Assembly: GCA_031800475.1 (NCBI GenBank)
Contig: DAPKRQ010000263.1
Span: 14,547 to 78,546 of the forward strand
Direction: 5' to 3'
Source: Myxococcales bacterium LLY-WYZ-16_1
Lineage (GTDB): Bacteria > Myxococcota > Kuafuiibacteriia > Kuafuiibacteriales > Kuafuiibacteriaceae
DNA length: 64,000 nucleotides
The notes beneath the pieces were generated by a model that was not told the origin of the DNA, ran no database searches, and was given only the letters and a program-made list of their open reading frames with translations. Position numbers and translations under genes: made by a program. Of this stretch, positions 31,636-41,219 are shown in pieces. Each line of letters opens with the position of its first letter. Within the stretch, counting starts at the first letter, position 1.

Positions 31636-34600
31636 TTGTCCATGGAATCGAACGGTTCATTTTCGCCTCTTCAGTCCCTGACGGGTCGGAGCGTCCTGCT
31701 CCTCGGCACCACCGGATTCTTGGGGAAGGTGGTGCTGGCCATGCTCCTCGAACGGTTTTCGGTCCGGCGGCTGCACTGCATCGTCCGGTCTACCCGAAGC
31801 CAGAGCGCAGCAGACCGATTCCGGGCCGAGGTGCTCGGCTCGGACATGATGAAGCCGCTGCGCGCCCGCTTCGCGGACAGCTTCGACGCATGGGTGGAGG
31901 AACAGGTCGAGGTCCACGACGGCGGCCTGCGCGAAAACCTCGGGTTGGCACCAGAGGTGGTGGAGCGGCTTCGGGGCGAGCTGGACCTGGTGATCAACTC
32001 GGCGGGCCTGGTGAACTTCAACCCAGCCCTGGATCAGGCCCTCGAGAGCAACACCCTGGGCGCCGACGTGGTGGCCCGGTTCACACGGGCCTGCGACCGC
32101 GCAAAGCTCGTCCACATCAGCACCTGCTTCGTCGCGGGAAACCGAAGCGGCCGGATCCGAGAAGACGCCAACGTCGTCGGATGGTTTCCGCGGCAAGACG
32201 AAATGCCCGGGGCGACCCTCGATTGGCAGCGCGAGGTCGGCGACCTGCAGCGACTCATCCAGCAGGTCCGCGCGCGCACCGACGACGCGGCGCTCGAGGC
32301 CCACTTTCGTCAGGAGGCGCTGGACCGGCTGAAGCGTGAAAGCCGGGAAGCCTCGGAACGAACCGTCCGGGCCGCCTTGACCAACCAGCGCCGTCGTTGG
32401 GTCACCGACGAGTTGATAAGACTCGGTCGGGAGCGGGCAGAGCATTGGGGCTGGCCGAACATATATACCTACTCCAAGGCCCTCGGCGAACAGGCCATCG
32501 CCTCGAACGAAGATCTCGATTGGGCCATCGTTCGGCCGGCCATCGTCGAAAGCGCGCTGAAGTATCCCTTTTCGGGGTGGAACGAGGGCATGAACACCAC
32601 CGCGCCCTTGGCCCTCATCGGCAAGCGGGGCCAGTTGGTCTATCCGGGGTCCAACGACTTGATCCTCGACGTCGTCCCCGTTGACTTCGTCGCCTCTGCC
32701 ACCATCGCCGCGGGGGCGGCGCTGCTCGACGGCGAGGGCAACCGGGTCTACCAAGTTGCGGCGGGCGACGTGAACCCGTGCAGCATGGCACGCACGGTCC
32801 ACCTCCTCGGTATCTATCGAACCCGGCAGCTCAAAGAACGGGAAGATCAAGGGGAGCTTTCCTCTTGGAAAGCTTCGGTGGCCCGCCTGGCCCGCCCCGT
32901 CCCGCGCAGCAAAGCCACCTACCAGACCTTCGGCGCCCCGGGGCTGCGGCGACTGGTCTCCGGAATCAAATCGCGCCTGGACGAACTGGAGCCCGAACGC
33001 CTCGGTTCTCTTGGCGAGTTCGTGCATCGGGCCCAAAAGGCCGCCGCCGACGTGGACGGGGAGCTGGCGAAGGTGGTCGACGCCTTCGAGCTCTTCATGC
33101 CGTTCATCTGGGAGCACCGATACGTCTTCCGCTCCGACAACACTCGCCGGCTGTTTCGCGACATGGCACAGGCAGACCGGGGTTTGCTTCCCTTCGACAC
33201 CGAGGGCATCGATTGGCGTCACTATTGGCTGGACGTCCATCTTCCGGGATTGGAAACCTGGGTATTTCCGAAACTCGAAACGCAGGGTCCAAAGCGGATC
33301 GCGATCCATCGAGACTATCGAGACCTCGCCGAGCTGTTCGATTCCCGCACGCGGGACAATGCGCGGCGAACGGCCTATCGGATCCTTCGAAAAGACGACG
33401 TTGCCGACGGCTTCACCTACAAGGACCTTCGGCGCGCAGCCACAGCCGTGCAAGCGTTTTTGCAACACCAGGGCATCGGGCGCAAAGATCGCATCGCCAT
33501 CGCGTCGGAAGGGCGCCCCGAGTGGGGGATGTGCTTTTTCGGGATTCTGTTGTCTGGAGGCACCGCAGTCCCGCTGGACGTCGAGCTTTCCGATGGCGAG
33601 CTATCGAACATCGTTCGAAGCAGCGGGTGCAAAGGGGTGATCGCCAGCGACGAACAGCGAACGAAGCTGTCGTCGGTCGGGGTTCCGGTTTGGTCCTTTT
33701 CCGACGTATTCGAGACCGCCCACACCCGAACCGAGACGCAACTCGCAACCATGCGCCGTAGGCCCGAGGACGTGGCGTCGATCATCTTCACATCCGGGAC
33801 CACCGGTCGCCCGAAGGGTGTGATGCTGACGGACCGGAACTTCACCGCGTTGACCGCTCGGCTGTCGGCGCTTTTCGAGCTACAGCGCTCGGACGCTCTG
33901 TTGTCGGTTTTGCCTCCTCACCACACCTTCGAGTTTTCGGCCGGTCTATTGATGCCATTGGCCGCTGGGGCCAGCGTGACCTATCTGGAAGAGCGCTCCC
34001 CCGAGCTGATTCAGCGGGCCTTCCGCGAGATTCCCGTTACTGGGCTCATCGGGGTGCCAGCGGTCTGGGAGAGCCTGCATCGACGAATCGTCGAACGGGT
34101 CGAGCAGCATCCGCTTCTGGTTCGTTGGACCGTAAAGACTCTTTCTCTTTTGAACAGAAAACTTCGAGAGAAAACCGGCATGAACTTCGGCCGACTGGCC
34201 TTTCGAAAGGTGCACGCCGGCTTTGGCGGGCGACTCCGCTACCTGGTGAGTGGGGGCGCCGCGCTGTCCACCCGGGTGTTCAACGATCTCCGTGGCTATG
34301 GATTCTCGATCTACGAAGGCTACGGGCTCACCGAGGCCGCTCCGGTGCTCACGGTCGACTGGCCCCGGCAGCGCTTTCCGGCGGGCAGCGTCGGATGGCC
34401 CTTGCCCGGAATCGACGTACGTCTTCACGCCGCCGACGACAACGGAATCGGAGAGGTGGTCGCTCGGGGTCCGACGATCATGCTCGGGTACCTGGACGAT
34501 CCGGATTCCACCCGAGGAGTTTTGAAGGACGGATGGCTGCATACCGGCGATCTGGGGCGGTTCGACGACGACGGGCGCCTGTATATCGTTGGTCGCAATA

Positions 34601-36009
34601 AAGATGTCATCATCGACGCCAACGGCAAGAATGTCTACCCAGACGAGGTCGAAGAGCTCTACGAGGGCCACCCGCTGATCAAGGAGCTTTCGGTGGCCGG
34701 CATTCCGGACGAGACCGGCCAGCATGAGCGGGTGGCGGCCATGGTTCATCCCGATTTCGAGCGAGGCAAAGACGAGGATGATCTGGACCCGAACGAAGTC
34801 GAAGAGCGGATCCGCGCCCATTTTCGCGAAGTCGGAAGCCGACTCCCGTTCGCGCGGCGGGTCAAGGTTCTGCACTTTGCTCGGTCCGAGCTGCCACGCA
34901 CTTCCGCCCGCAAAATCCGGCGCAGCTGGGTGCGGCAGGAACTCGTTCGACTGGAAGGCGCCGGGCGAAAGGTCGAAGCCGGCAACGGGACCACCAGTCA
35001 AACCGCAGAGCGTGTCCGCCGGTTGGTTGCGAACGTCGCCCAGCGTCCGCTGCGGGACTTGAGTCCGGCCACGTCGCTTTCGAACCAGCTCGGGTTCGAT
35101 TCGCTTCTTCAGATGGAGCTTTTGAATGCCCTGGAGCGGGAGTTTCCAGACCGGGACCTGGCGCCGGAGGAGCTGACTGCCGTCGACACCCTGTCGGAGC
35201 TCGTGCAGTTGATGGAGCGCAGCCCCGACCATCGCTCCCGTCCCGTCACCGACGTCGCCCACGAGGAAGAGGCCCCTCCGGTCAAGATCCCAGGACCGGT
35301 GGCCCGGATGGGCAAGCGCATGCTCGGTCAGGCTCAACATCTGGCCTACGACCGGTGGCTGCACTGCGAAGTTCAGGGCCGTGGCAACATTCCCGCGAAT
35401 ACCAACTTCATCGTGGCGTCGAACCACGCGAGCCATCTGGACATGGGCCTCGTAAAGTATGCCCTCGGGCCTTTCGGACGGGGGCTGCGGTCCCTGGCCG
35501 CTCGAGACTACTTCTTTGATGATCCGGTCCGCCGGACCTACTTCGAAAACTTCACCAACCTGCTTCCGATGGAGCGGCACGGCTCTCTGCGCAGGTCGCT
35601 CGAGTTGGCCGTACGTAGCTTGCGGCAGGGCGAGTCGCTGTTGATCTTTCCCGAGGGCACCCGGGCCCGGGACGGGGTGATGACTGCCTTCAAGCCGGCA
35701 GTGGGCTACCTGTGCCTCCACGCCAAGGTCGACGTCTTGCCGATCTACTTGCGAGGCACCCACCAGGCGCTGCCGGTCGGGGAATGGCGTCTGGACCCGG
35801 CGCTCAAGATCGAGGCTCACATCGGTCCTCCGATTCGGGTCGACGCCATGATGGAAGCCACTCGAAAGATGTCCCGCTCTCGCGCCTACCGCCATGTGGC
35901 CCAGCAGGTGGAGGCTGCGGTCCGACGGCTGGGACGCGTGGAAGACGTGGCGACATCGGACGACGACCATCCATCGTGGGTGCTCGAGCGACGGGAGCGG
36001 TCCTCGTGA
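31636..36009 (+). CDS. Four-domain lipid-biosynthesis enzyme: fatty acyl-CoA reductase (NAD_binding_4) - long-chain acyl-CoA ligase (AMP-binding) - ACP - lysophospholipid acyltransferase (AGPAT); ElbD-like (myxobacterial ether-lipid biosynthesis)
   Basis: FAR domain: GTTGFLGK and YTYSK motifs. AMP-binding domain: TSGTTGRPKG, YGLTEAAP, GWLHTGDLGRFDDDGRLYIVGRNKD. ACP: LGFDSL. AGPAT: NHASHLD (HX4D) and FPEGTR. 1457 aa. Confidence 0.85.
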   Translation: MSMESNGSFSPLQSLTGRSVLLLGTTGFLGKVVLAMLLERFSVRRLHCIVRSTRSQSAADRFRAEVLGSDMMKPLRARFADSFDAWVEEQVEVHDGGLRENLGLAPEVVERLRGELDLVINSAGLVNFNPALDQALESNTLGADVVARFTRACDRAKLVHISTCFVAGNRSGRIREDANVVGWFPRQDEMPGATLDWQREVGDLQRLIQQVRARTDDAALEAHFRQEALDRLKRESREASERTVRAALTNQRRRWVTDELIRLGRERAEHWGWPNIYTYSKALGEQAIASNEDLDWAIVRPAIVESALKYPFSGWNEGMNTTAPLALIGKRGQLVYPGSNDLILDVVPVDFVASATIAAGAALLDGEGNRVYQVAAGDVNPCSMARTVHLLGIYRTRQLKEREDQGELSSWKASVARLARPVPRSKATYQTFGAPGLRRLVSGIKSRLDELEPERLGSLGEFVHRAQKAAADVDGELAKVVDAFELFMPFIWEHRYVFRSDNTRRLFRDMAQADRGLLPFDTEGIDWRHYWLDVHLPGLETWVFPKLETQGPKRIAIHRDYRDLAELFDSRTRDNARRTAYRILRKDDVADGFTYKDLRRAATAVQAFLQHQGIGRKDRIAIASEGRPEWGMCFFGILLSGGTAVPLDVELSDGELSNIVRSSGCKGVIASDEQRTKLSSVGVPVWSFSDVFETAHTRTETQLATMRRRPEDVASIIFTSGTTGRPKGVMLTDRNFTALTARLSALFELQRSDALLSVLPPHHTFEFSAGLLMPLAAGASVTYLEERSPELIQRAFREIPVTGLIGVPAVWESLHRRIVERVEQHPLLVRWTVKTLSLLNRKLREKTGMNFGRLAFRKVHAGFGGRLRYLVSGGAALSTRVFNDLRGYGFSIYEGYGLTEAAPVLTVDWPRQRFPAGSVGWPLPGIDVRLHAADDNGIGEVVARGPTIMLGYLDDPDSTRGVLKDGWLHTGDLGRFDDDGRLYIVGRNKDVIIDANGKNVYPDEVEELYEGHPLIKELSVAGIPDETGQHERVAAMVHPDFERGKDEDDLDPNEVEERIRAHFREVGSRLPFARRVKVLHFARSELPRTSARKIRRSWVRQELVRLEGAGRKVEAGNGTTSQTAERVRRLVANVAQRPLRDLSPATSLSNQLGFDSLLQMELLNALEREFPDRDLAPEELTAVDTLSELVQLMERSPDHRSRPVTDVAHEEEAPPVKIPGPVARMGKRMLGQAQHLAYDRWLHCEVQGRGNIPANTNFIVASNHASHLDMGLVKYALGPFGRGLRSLAARDYFFDDPVRRTYFENFTNLLPMERHGSLRRSLELAVRSLRQGESLLIFPEGTRARDGVMTAFKPAVGYLCLHAKVDVLPIYLRGTHQALPVGEWRLDPALKIEAHIGPPIRVDAMMEATRKMSRSRAYRHVAQQVEAAVRRLGRVEDVATSDDDHPSWVLERRERSS

Positions 36010-37001
36010 AGGTGGTGGTGACCGGGGCCAATGGCTTTTTGGGTCAGGCCGTGGTCGACGCCGTGCTGGACGCCGGCCACCAGGTACGCGCTTGGTTTCG
36101 ACGGCCGCCAGCGCAGGCACGAACCGACGTGGACGTTCGGGTGGTGGACCTGGAGCAGGACCCGGACCTGGACCGCGAACTCGAGGGGGTCGACGCCATC
36201 ATCCACCTGGCAGGCCTCGTCTCTCGACGTCCGGAAGACGCGACCCGCATGTACCGGCTGCACTTGGCCTGCACGCGCAAGCTCCTGGAAGCTTCGGAAC
36301 GCCGAGGGGTGGCTCGATGGGTCTTGGCTTCCTCGTCGGGCACGGTGGCAGTGTCCTCCCAAAAACGGGTGATGGACGAAGACCACGAGCCCGACCTGGA
36401 ACTGGTGGGCCGCTGGCCATACTACATGTCCAAGCTTCACCAAGAGCAAGAGGTCTTGCGTTGGTACGAACGAGGTGCGGTCGAGCCCGTGATCTTGAAC
36501 CCGTCCCTCTTGCTGGGACCCGGCGACGCCCGGCTGTCGTCCACGGCCGACGTCCTCGATGTGCTGACCGGAAGATACCCGGCAGCTGTAGACGGCACGG
36601 TGGCCTTCGTCGACGTGCGAGACTGCGCTCCCATTTTCGCGAAAGCCCTGAAGAGAGGCCGTCCGGGAGAGAAGTATCTCTTGAATGGCGCCAATATGTC
36701 GGTTCGGCGTTTCGCCGAGCGGGTGGCGCTGACCGGAGGCGTCGCCGGCCCCCGGATGGTGGTCAAGGGAGCCTGGGCGTACCGGGGGGCGAAGCTCTTG
36801 GAGGGCCTCCGCACCGCAGCGGGACTGGATCCCGAGGCCGGGCTCGATCCGGTGGCGGTCGACATGGCCCGACACCACTGGGCTTGCGATTCCCGGCGGG
36901 CCATGTCCGAGCTCGGGTTCTCCCCGCGGGACCCGGCCCGTACCATCGCGGACACCGTGTCGGACCTGGAATCCCGAAACCTCTTCCGTCGTTCGGCCTG
37001 A
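36006..37001 (+). CDS. NAD-dependent epimerase/dehydratase-family (extended SDR) protein; ElbE-like
   Basis: VVVTGANGFLGQAVV Rossmann motif. The GTG start overlaps the upstream stop (GTGA). About 330 aa. Confidence 0.75.
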   Translation: MKVVVTGANGFLGQAVVDAVLDAGHQVRAWFRRPPAQARTDVDVRVVDLEQDPDLDRELEGVDAIIHLAGLVSRRPEDATRMYRLHLACTRKLLEASERRGVARWVLASSSGTVAVSSQKRVMDEDHEPDLELVGRWPYYMSKLHQEQEVLRWYERGAVEPVILNPSLLLGPGDARLSSTADVLDVLTGRYPAAVDGTVAFVDVRDCAPIFAKALKRGRPGEKYLLNGANMSVRRFAERVALTGGVAGPRMVVKGAWAYRGAKLLEGLRTAAGLDPEAGLDPVAVDMARHHWACDSRRAMSELGFSPRDPARTIADTVSDLESRNLFRRSA

Positions 37002-37019
37002 CCGGGGTGAACCGGGCCC

Positions 37020-38357
37020 ATGGGCAACGCAGACGCCAACGAGCCCCCCGCGGATCCGCGTCCCGCAGCGCCGGCTCGCCACCGGACCAACCGGATCTGG
37101 GACCGATTCCTGGATGGCCTGGCCCAGGTCGAGGTCGGTCGTCCGGCGGACCAGGTCCTCCGAAAGCTCGAGGCCCGAGCCAAAGACCTGGGTCGGTCCG
37201 AGAGGCGGGCTTTGCGGGAAGGCTTTTTCGGCTTTCTACGAACGCGGCGCTCCGTCGTCGACCAGCTCGAGAGGGCGATGCAAGCCGAGCGACGTCCGCT
37301 CGACACCCTATCCGTCCCGGCTCGGCAGGAGCTGGAGCTGCTCGCGTTTCTCGCCGGAACCGGGGCCGAGCTTCCCCCGTCTCAGATCGCCAAGCGTCAT
37401 GCCAAAGTGCTTGACCGGATCCGAGCTGGTCGACTTCCCAAGCCCAAAGGCTCCCAGCTCCACCGGGCGGCCATTGAAGCGAACGTCCCCGATTGGATCT
37501 TCGAACGCTGGGAGGCAGACCGCGGATGGGAACGAGCTCGTGCCCTGGGCGGCATTCTGCGGGAGCGAGCTCCCGTCACGTTGTTCGTTCGAGGCGACCG
37601 AGATGAGGCCGTGGCCGCGCTCGAAAACGCCGCTCCCACGCGGTGGTCACCCGCAGGCCTCACCCTTCCACCGGGGACCCCGCTGTCGACGTTGGGCGAT
37701 TGGGTGGAACGGAGCCACCTGCAGGACGAAGGCAGCCAACTGCTGGCGTGGGCAGCCGCGCACCCCACTGCCGGCCCCCCCCCGCGCCGAATCTTGGACG
37801 CCTGCACCGGAGCGGGCGGTAAAATCTTGGCGCTCGCCCACTGGTCCGATGCGGAGCTGCACGGGGTCGAACCCGAGGCGTCGCGCTTGGGCGAAGCGAA
37901 GCGCCGGGTCAAGCAGGCTGAATTGCAACGAGCCGTCGCGTGGCACCCGACCACCCTGGAGCAGCATGCCCAGGACCACCCTGGCGCCTACGACGTGGTC
38001 CTGGTGGATGCGCCCTGCACGGGAACCGGAACCCTGCGAAGGCACCCCGAGCTCGCCGCCCGCCTGACGAAAGGAGATCTCGAGCAGGCCACGGCGACCC
38101 AAAAGCGCCTCTTGGCGGCAGCCCTCGGGGCCCTGGCACCCCATGGCACCCTGCTCTACGCCACCTGCTCGGTCCTCCATCGAGAGAACGAAGCGGTGGC
38201 CGCCTACCTGCTCGCCCACGCTCCACAGCTGCGGCCGGTACCCGTCTTTTCCCACGATGCGCCCGAACTCCGCGGCTGCGCCGTGCGGATCGGTCCAGGA
38301 CCCGACCCGAGAGGACCCGACGGCTTCTTCGTGGCGGCGTTTCGACGAGGCGGCTGA
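37020..38357 (+). CDS. RsmB/RsmF (NOL1/NOP2/Sun) family RNA cytosine-C5 methyltransferase
   Basis: SAM motif DACTGAGGKILAL and catalytic DAPCTGTGTLRRHPE / LLYATCS motifs. Confidence 0.75.
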   Translation: MGNADANEPPADPRPAAPARHRTNRIWDRFLDGLAQVEVGRPADQVLRKLEARAKDLGRSERRALREGFFGFLRTRRSVVDQLERAMQAERRPLDTLSVPARQELELLAFLAGTGAELPPSQIAKRHAKVLDRIRAGRLPKPKGSQLHRAAIEANVPDWIFERWEADRGWERARALGGILRERAPVTLFVRGDRDEAVAALENAAPTRWSPAGLTLPPGTPLSTLGDWVERSHLQDEGSQLLAWAAAHPTAGPPPRRILDACTGAGGKILALAHWSDAELHGVEPEASRLGEAKRRVKQAELQRAVAWHPTTLEQHAQDHPGAYDVVLVDAPCTGTGTLRRHPELAARLTKGDLEQATATQKRLLAAALGALAPHGTLLYATCSVLHRENEAVAAYLLAHAPQLRPVPVFSHDAPELRGCAVRIGPGPDPRGPDGFFVAAFRRGG

Positions 38358-38460
38358 TCTTTGGCCGATTTCGGGGTCCTCGCACCCATGACGAACACGA
38401 AACCCTGGACCGGGCGAGGCTCCGACTGTGCGCGCCGACCGGGCCTGCTACACTCGAGGC

Positions 38461-38733
38461 ATGTTCGGCCCCGGTATCGCCATGGCCGCAGGCATGGCCG
38501 AGCCTCCACAACCGGATCCGGTCCTCCGGATCATCTTCGCGTTGATGGCCCTGGCGCTCGTGGGTTTGGCGATCCGGATGAGTCTGCGCATCCTGGCGCT
38601 CTTTCAGAGCCCGCCGCCCGTCTACGGCATGCGCTCGAGCTGCCCCCGCTGCCAGCAGGAGCTGCATCTGTGGACCGGCGCGACCCGCTGCCCCAAATGC
38701 GATCTTCGGATCGTGGTGCGGTTTGAAGAGTGA
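38461..38733 (+). CDS. Small membrane protein with C-terminal zinc ribbon (CPRC...CPKC)
   Basis: One TM helix (ILRIIFALMALALVGLAI), then CxxC-N17-CxxC. ORF only. Confidence 0.35.
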   Translation: MFGPGIAMAAGMAEPPQPDPVLRIIFALMALALVGLAIRMSLRILALFQSPPPVYGMRSSCPRCQQELHLWTGATRCPKCDLRIVVRFEE

Positions 38734-38965
38734 ACCGAAGCGCTCGAAGCGACCGAAGCGGTAGAAGGCCCCCGGTAAAATCTGTGGAACAGGGGTGCCG
38801 TCTGGATGGCCCCTGGACTGCACCTCCGTATGGGCAGTCGGGTCCGATCTGCCTCCATGGGGGCCCTCGACCCGGAATCCATTGCGGAGTCCCCAGCTTG
38901 CGGGAATCCGTGCTCGGGCCCGCACCCGATCGCCAAGTCCGGTTCTTTTCGTTCAGCCTCGCCAC

Positions 38966-39775
38966 ATGGTCGCGTTGGGGGGCTGGGCCGTCATGCTCTT
39001 GGCAGGCGCGAGCGTGCCGGGTTCGTCCGAGGCGCCGCCGCCCCCAGCCGACGCCGGTCCGCCCTCGGAGGAATGCGTGGGTTGCCCGCCGCGGTCTGGG
39101 TTTTTCGTTCGCTTCACTGGAAACGGCCTGACCGGTTGGTACGGAGACCCGCTCTACGCCGACGCCGAACGACGGGCCATCTCAGAGTTGGCCTTCGGAG
39201 CGGGCATGGCGTTCGGCCTGCAGATCGACCCCACCTGGAGCATCGCGGTGTTCGGCGACGTGTTGTTCGGAGGCGTGGATACCACGTCGCTCGAAGGCTT
39301 CGCCCAGTTGGCGGACGTGGACAGCCTTCAGGCCAGCGTCGGGCTCAGCGGCCGCATCACCCTGGGGCAAGACCCGGGCTGGCAGCCGGTGCTCGGGGTG
39401 GAGGGGGCGCTGCTGCGACAGTGGGTGTGGTGGCAAAGCGCCGAGGGACGGCCCGTGGCCGTGCTCAGCCCGTACACGGGCCGTCGGGTTGGCACGGTCT
39501 ACCGACCAGAGCTCGAGCTTCGGAGCCAACACGACGGGTGGGCCGTGGGCCCGATCTTGGGTCTGGCCAAGCGCCTGGGCCCGGATGGATATGGACCGAA
39601 GTTCGTGGTCGAAGCGGCCGGCCAGTACCAGCGGTGGTCGCCCGGGAGCACCGACGTGAGCGCCGCGCCCAGCCGCGAAGTGCTGGAGGCCACGGTCCGC
39701 TCCATCGAATCGATTCAGCAAGACGCCGAAGTGTGGAGCGCCACCATCCGGGTGGGCCTGCAGTTCGGGCCGTGA
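38966..39775 (+). CDS. Secreted hypothetical protein (signal peptide; possible beta-rich OM or periplasmic protein)
   Basis: N-terminal signal MVALGGWAVMLLAGASVPGSS. No known motif. Confidence 0.45.
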   Translation: MVALGGWAVMLLAGASVPGSSEAPPPPADAGPPSEECVGCPPRSGFFVRFTGNGLTGWYGDPLYADAERRAISELAFGAGMAFGLQIDPTWSIAVFGDVLFGGVDTTSLEGFAQLADVDSLQASVGLSGRITLGQDPGWQPVLGVEGALLRQWVWWQSAEGRPVAVLSPYTGRRVGTVYRPELELRSQHDGWAVGPILGLAKRLGPDGYGPKFVVEAAGQYQRWSPGSTDVSAAPSREVLEATVRSIESIQQDAEVWSATIRVGLQFGP

Positions 39776-39793
39776 CACGAGGTCGTTCCAATC

Positions 39794-40564
39794 ATGAGAT
39801 GGCTCTTTGCTCTATCCCTGCTCGTAGCCAGCAACCTCGGTTGCTTCGAAGACCGGGGCCGTCCTGCGGGTCCCAGTTCCCAGTGGATCTGCACACCCGC
39901 CGACGACGCCGATCCTCCCGGGACTCCGGGGGACCCGGACACGCCGCCGTCGGTCCCGGATGATCCGAGCTGTCCCGCGCCGAGCTGTCCGTCCGGCCTG
40001 GACGCCATGTACGTGTCGGGAGACCCGATGGCATGCGCGGCCATCGAGTTCGACTGCCCCGAGGGTGAAGTGCGGTTCGACGCACCGTGCGGATGCGGCT
40101 GCCGCCCCGAGGCGCCATCCGGCGGAGACTCGGGCTCCACCGGCCTATGTCCGGAGCCGGGAGAGAACGGAGCCTTCTATTTGGGCGAAGGCGGCAAGGT
40201 CTGCGAGACGATCGACTTCACCTGTCCCGACGGCCAAGAGCGATTCGACGGCCCGTGCGGATGCGGTTGCTGGAACGGCTGCCCGGATCCGGAAGACCCC
40301 CGGGTCCACTATCTCTCGGAAGACCCGGAAATCTGCGAGCTCGTCGAGTTCACGTGCCCGGCCGACTGCGTGGCGTTCGACGACGGCTGTGGGTGCGGTT
40401 GCATCGAGCCCGAGGCCGGAGCCGCATGCCCCGATCCCGACGATCCGACCGTGTTGTACGTGAGCACGTCGACCACCGTGTGCAGCCGGGTGAACCTGAA
40501 TTGCCCGGGCGACAGCTTCGACGACGCCTGCGGCTGCGGCTGCCTGGACGACCCGGGCAACTGA
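39794..40564 (+). CDS. Cysteine-rich lipoprotein with four tandem ~45-aa repeats, each ending FDxxCGCGC (about 31 Cys in 256 aa)
   Basis: Lipobox SNLGC. Four copies of CP(D/E)P...Y(V/L)S...C..(I/V)(E/D)F(D/T)CP......FD..CGCGC, read directly from the translation. Confidence 0.6.
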   Translation: MRWLFALSLLVASNLGCFEDRGRPAGPSSQWICTPADDADPPGTPGDPDTPPSVPDDPSCPAPSCPSGLDAMYVSGDPMACAAIEFDCPEGEVRFDAPCGCGCRPEAPSGGDSGSTGLCPEPGENGAFYLGEGGKVCETIDFTCPDGQERFDGPCGCGCWNGCPDPEDPRVHYLSEDPEICELVEFTCPADCVAFDDGCGCGCIEPEAGAACPDPDDPTVLYVSTSTTVCSRVNLNCPGDSFDDACGCGCLDDPGN

Positions 40565-40614
40565 CGCGGCGACCCATCGGCTCGGCCGGGTTCCCCGGGT
40601 CGGTGCGTTGCGGT

Positions 40615-41139
40615 CTACGGTCTCGGGCTGGCGCCCCCGCACACCGCGCCGGTGTCCTGGTCGGCCACGGAGTCGTTGTAGGCGTTCAGCGCGTCTTGGA
40701 ACCGCGCTTCGCTCCGGCGGGTGGCGCCGGCCGACACGAGTGCCGGGATCAGGGAGGTTCCGGCCAACACCAAACCCGCGATGCCTTCGCCTTGAATCTC
40801 GTCCTCCAGGGGCCCCGGCTCGTCCTGCAGGTCGACCGCCACCAAAATCACGGCCGCCGTCGACATGGCGAGGGACGTCATCGAAAACCAGAATGCCTGC
40901 TGGCGGGCCCCCTGCGCCCGCTGGGCATAGCCGCGGGCCTCGGTGTCTGCCGGAAAGATGCCGTCCAGACCCGAGAACATGCTCTCGTCGAGGGCGTACC
41001 GCTCACCGCACCGGCTGACGGTGCGCCGCAATCCCTCATGCTCCACTCGAGCGAATCGAGGCTGTTGCGGAACGTACTCGGTCGTGGCGCAACCGACCAG
41101 GGCGGTCAGCGCCGCGACCGAAGCCAACCTGCGTGTCAT
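40615..41139 (-). CDS. Hypothetical lipoprotein with one internal TM segment
   Basis: Signal plus lipobox LVGC. Hydrophobic helix AVILVAVDL. Confidence 0.45.
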   Translation of the reverse strand: MTRRLASVAALTALVGCATTEYVPQQPRFARVEHEGLRRTVSRCGERYALDESMFSGLDGIFPADTEARGYAQRAQGARQQAFWFSMTSLAMSTAAVILVAVDLQDEPGPLEDEIQGEGIAGLVLAGTSLIPALVSAGATRRSEARFQDALNAYNDSVADQDTGAVCGGASPRP

Positions 41140-41219
41140 GGACGTTGGGTATCAGACGGAACGATCGGAGAAAACCGCGGCCCCGTTCGAAACGACCCGC
41201 GCCGCCCGGAGCGCGCCGC

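Noticed and set aside
33946-36120. 724-aa minus-strand ORF
   Set aside because: Antisense to the ElbD-like gene, whose four domains read cleanly on the plus strand.
40640-40665. Hairpin ACACCG-CGC-CGGTGT between the convergent lipoprotein genes
   Set aside because: It falls inside the 3' end of the 40615-41139 CDS and has only a 6-bp stem. Too weak to call a terminator.
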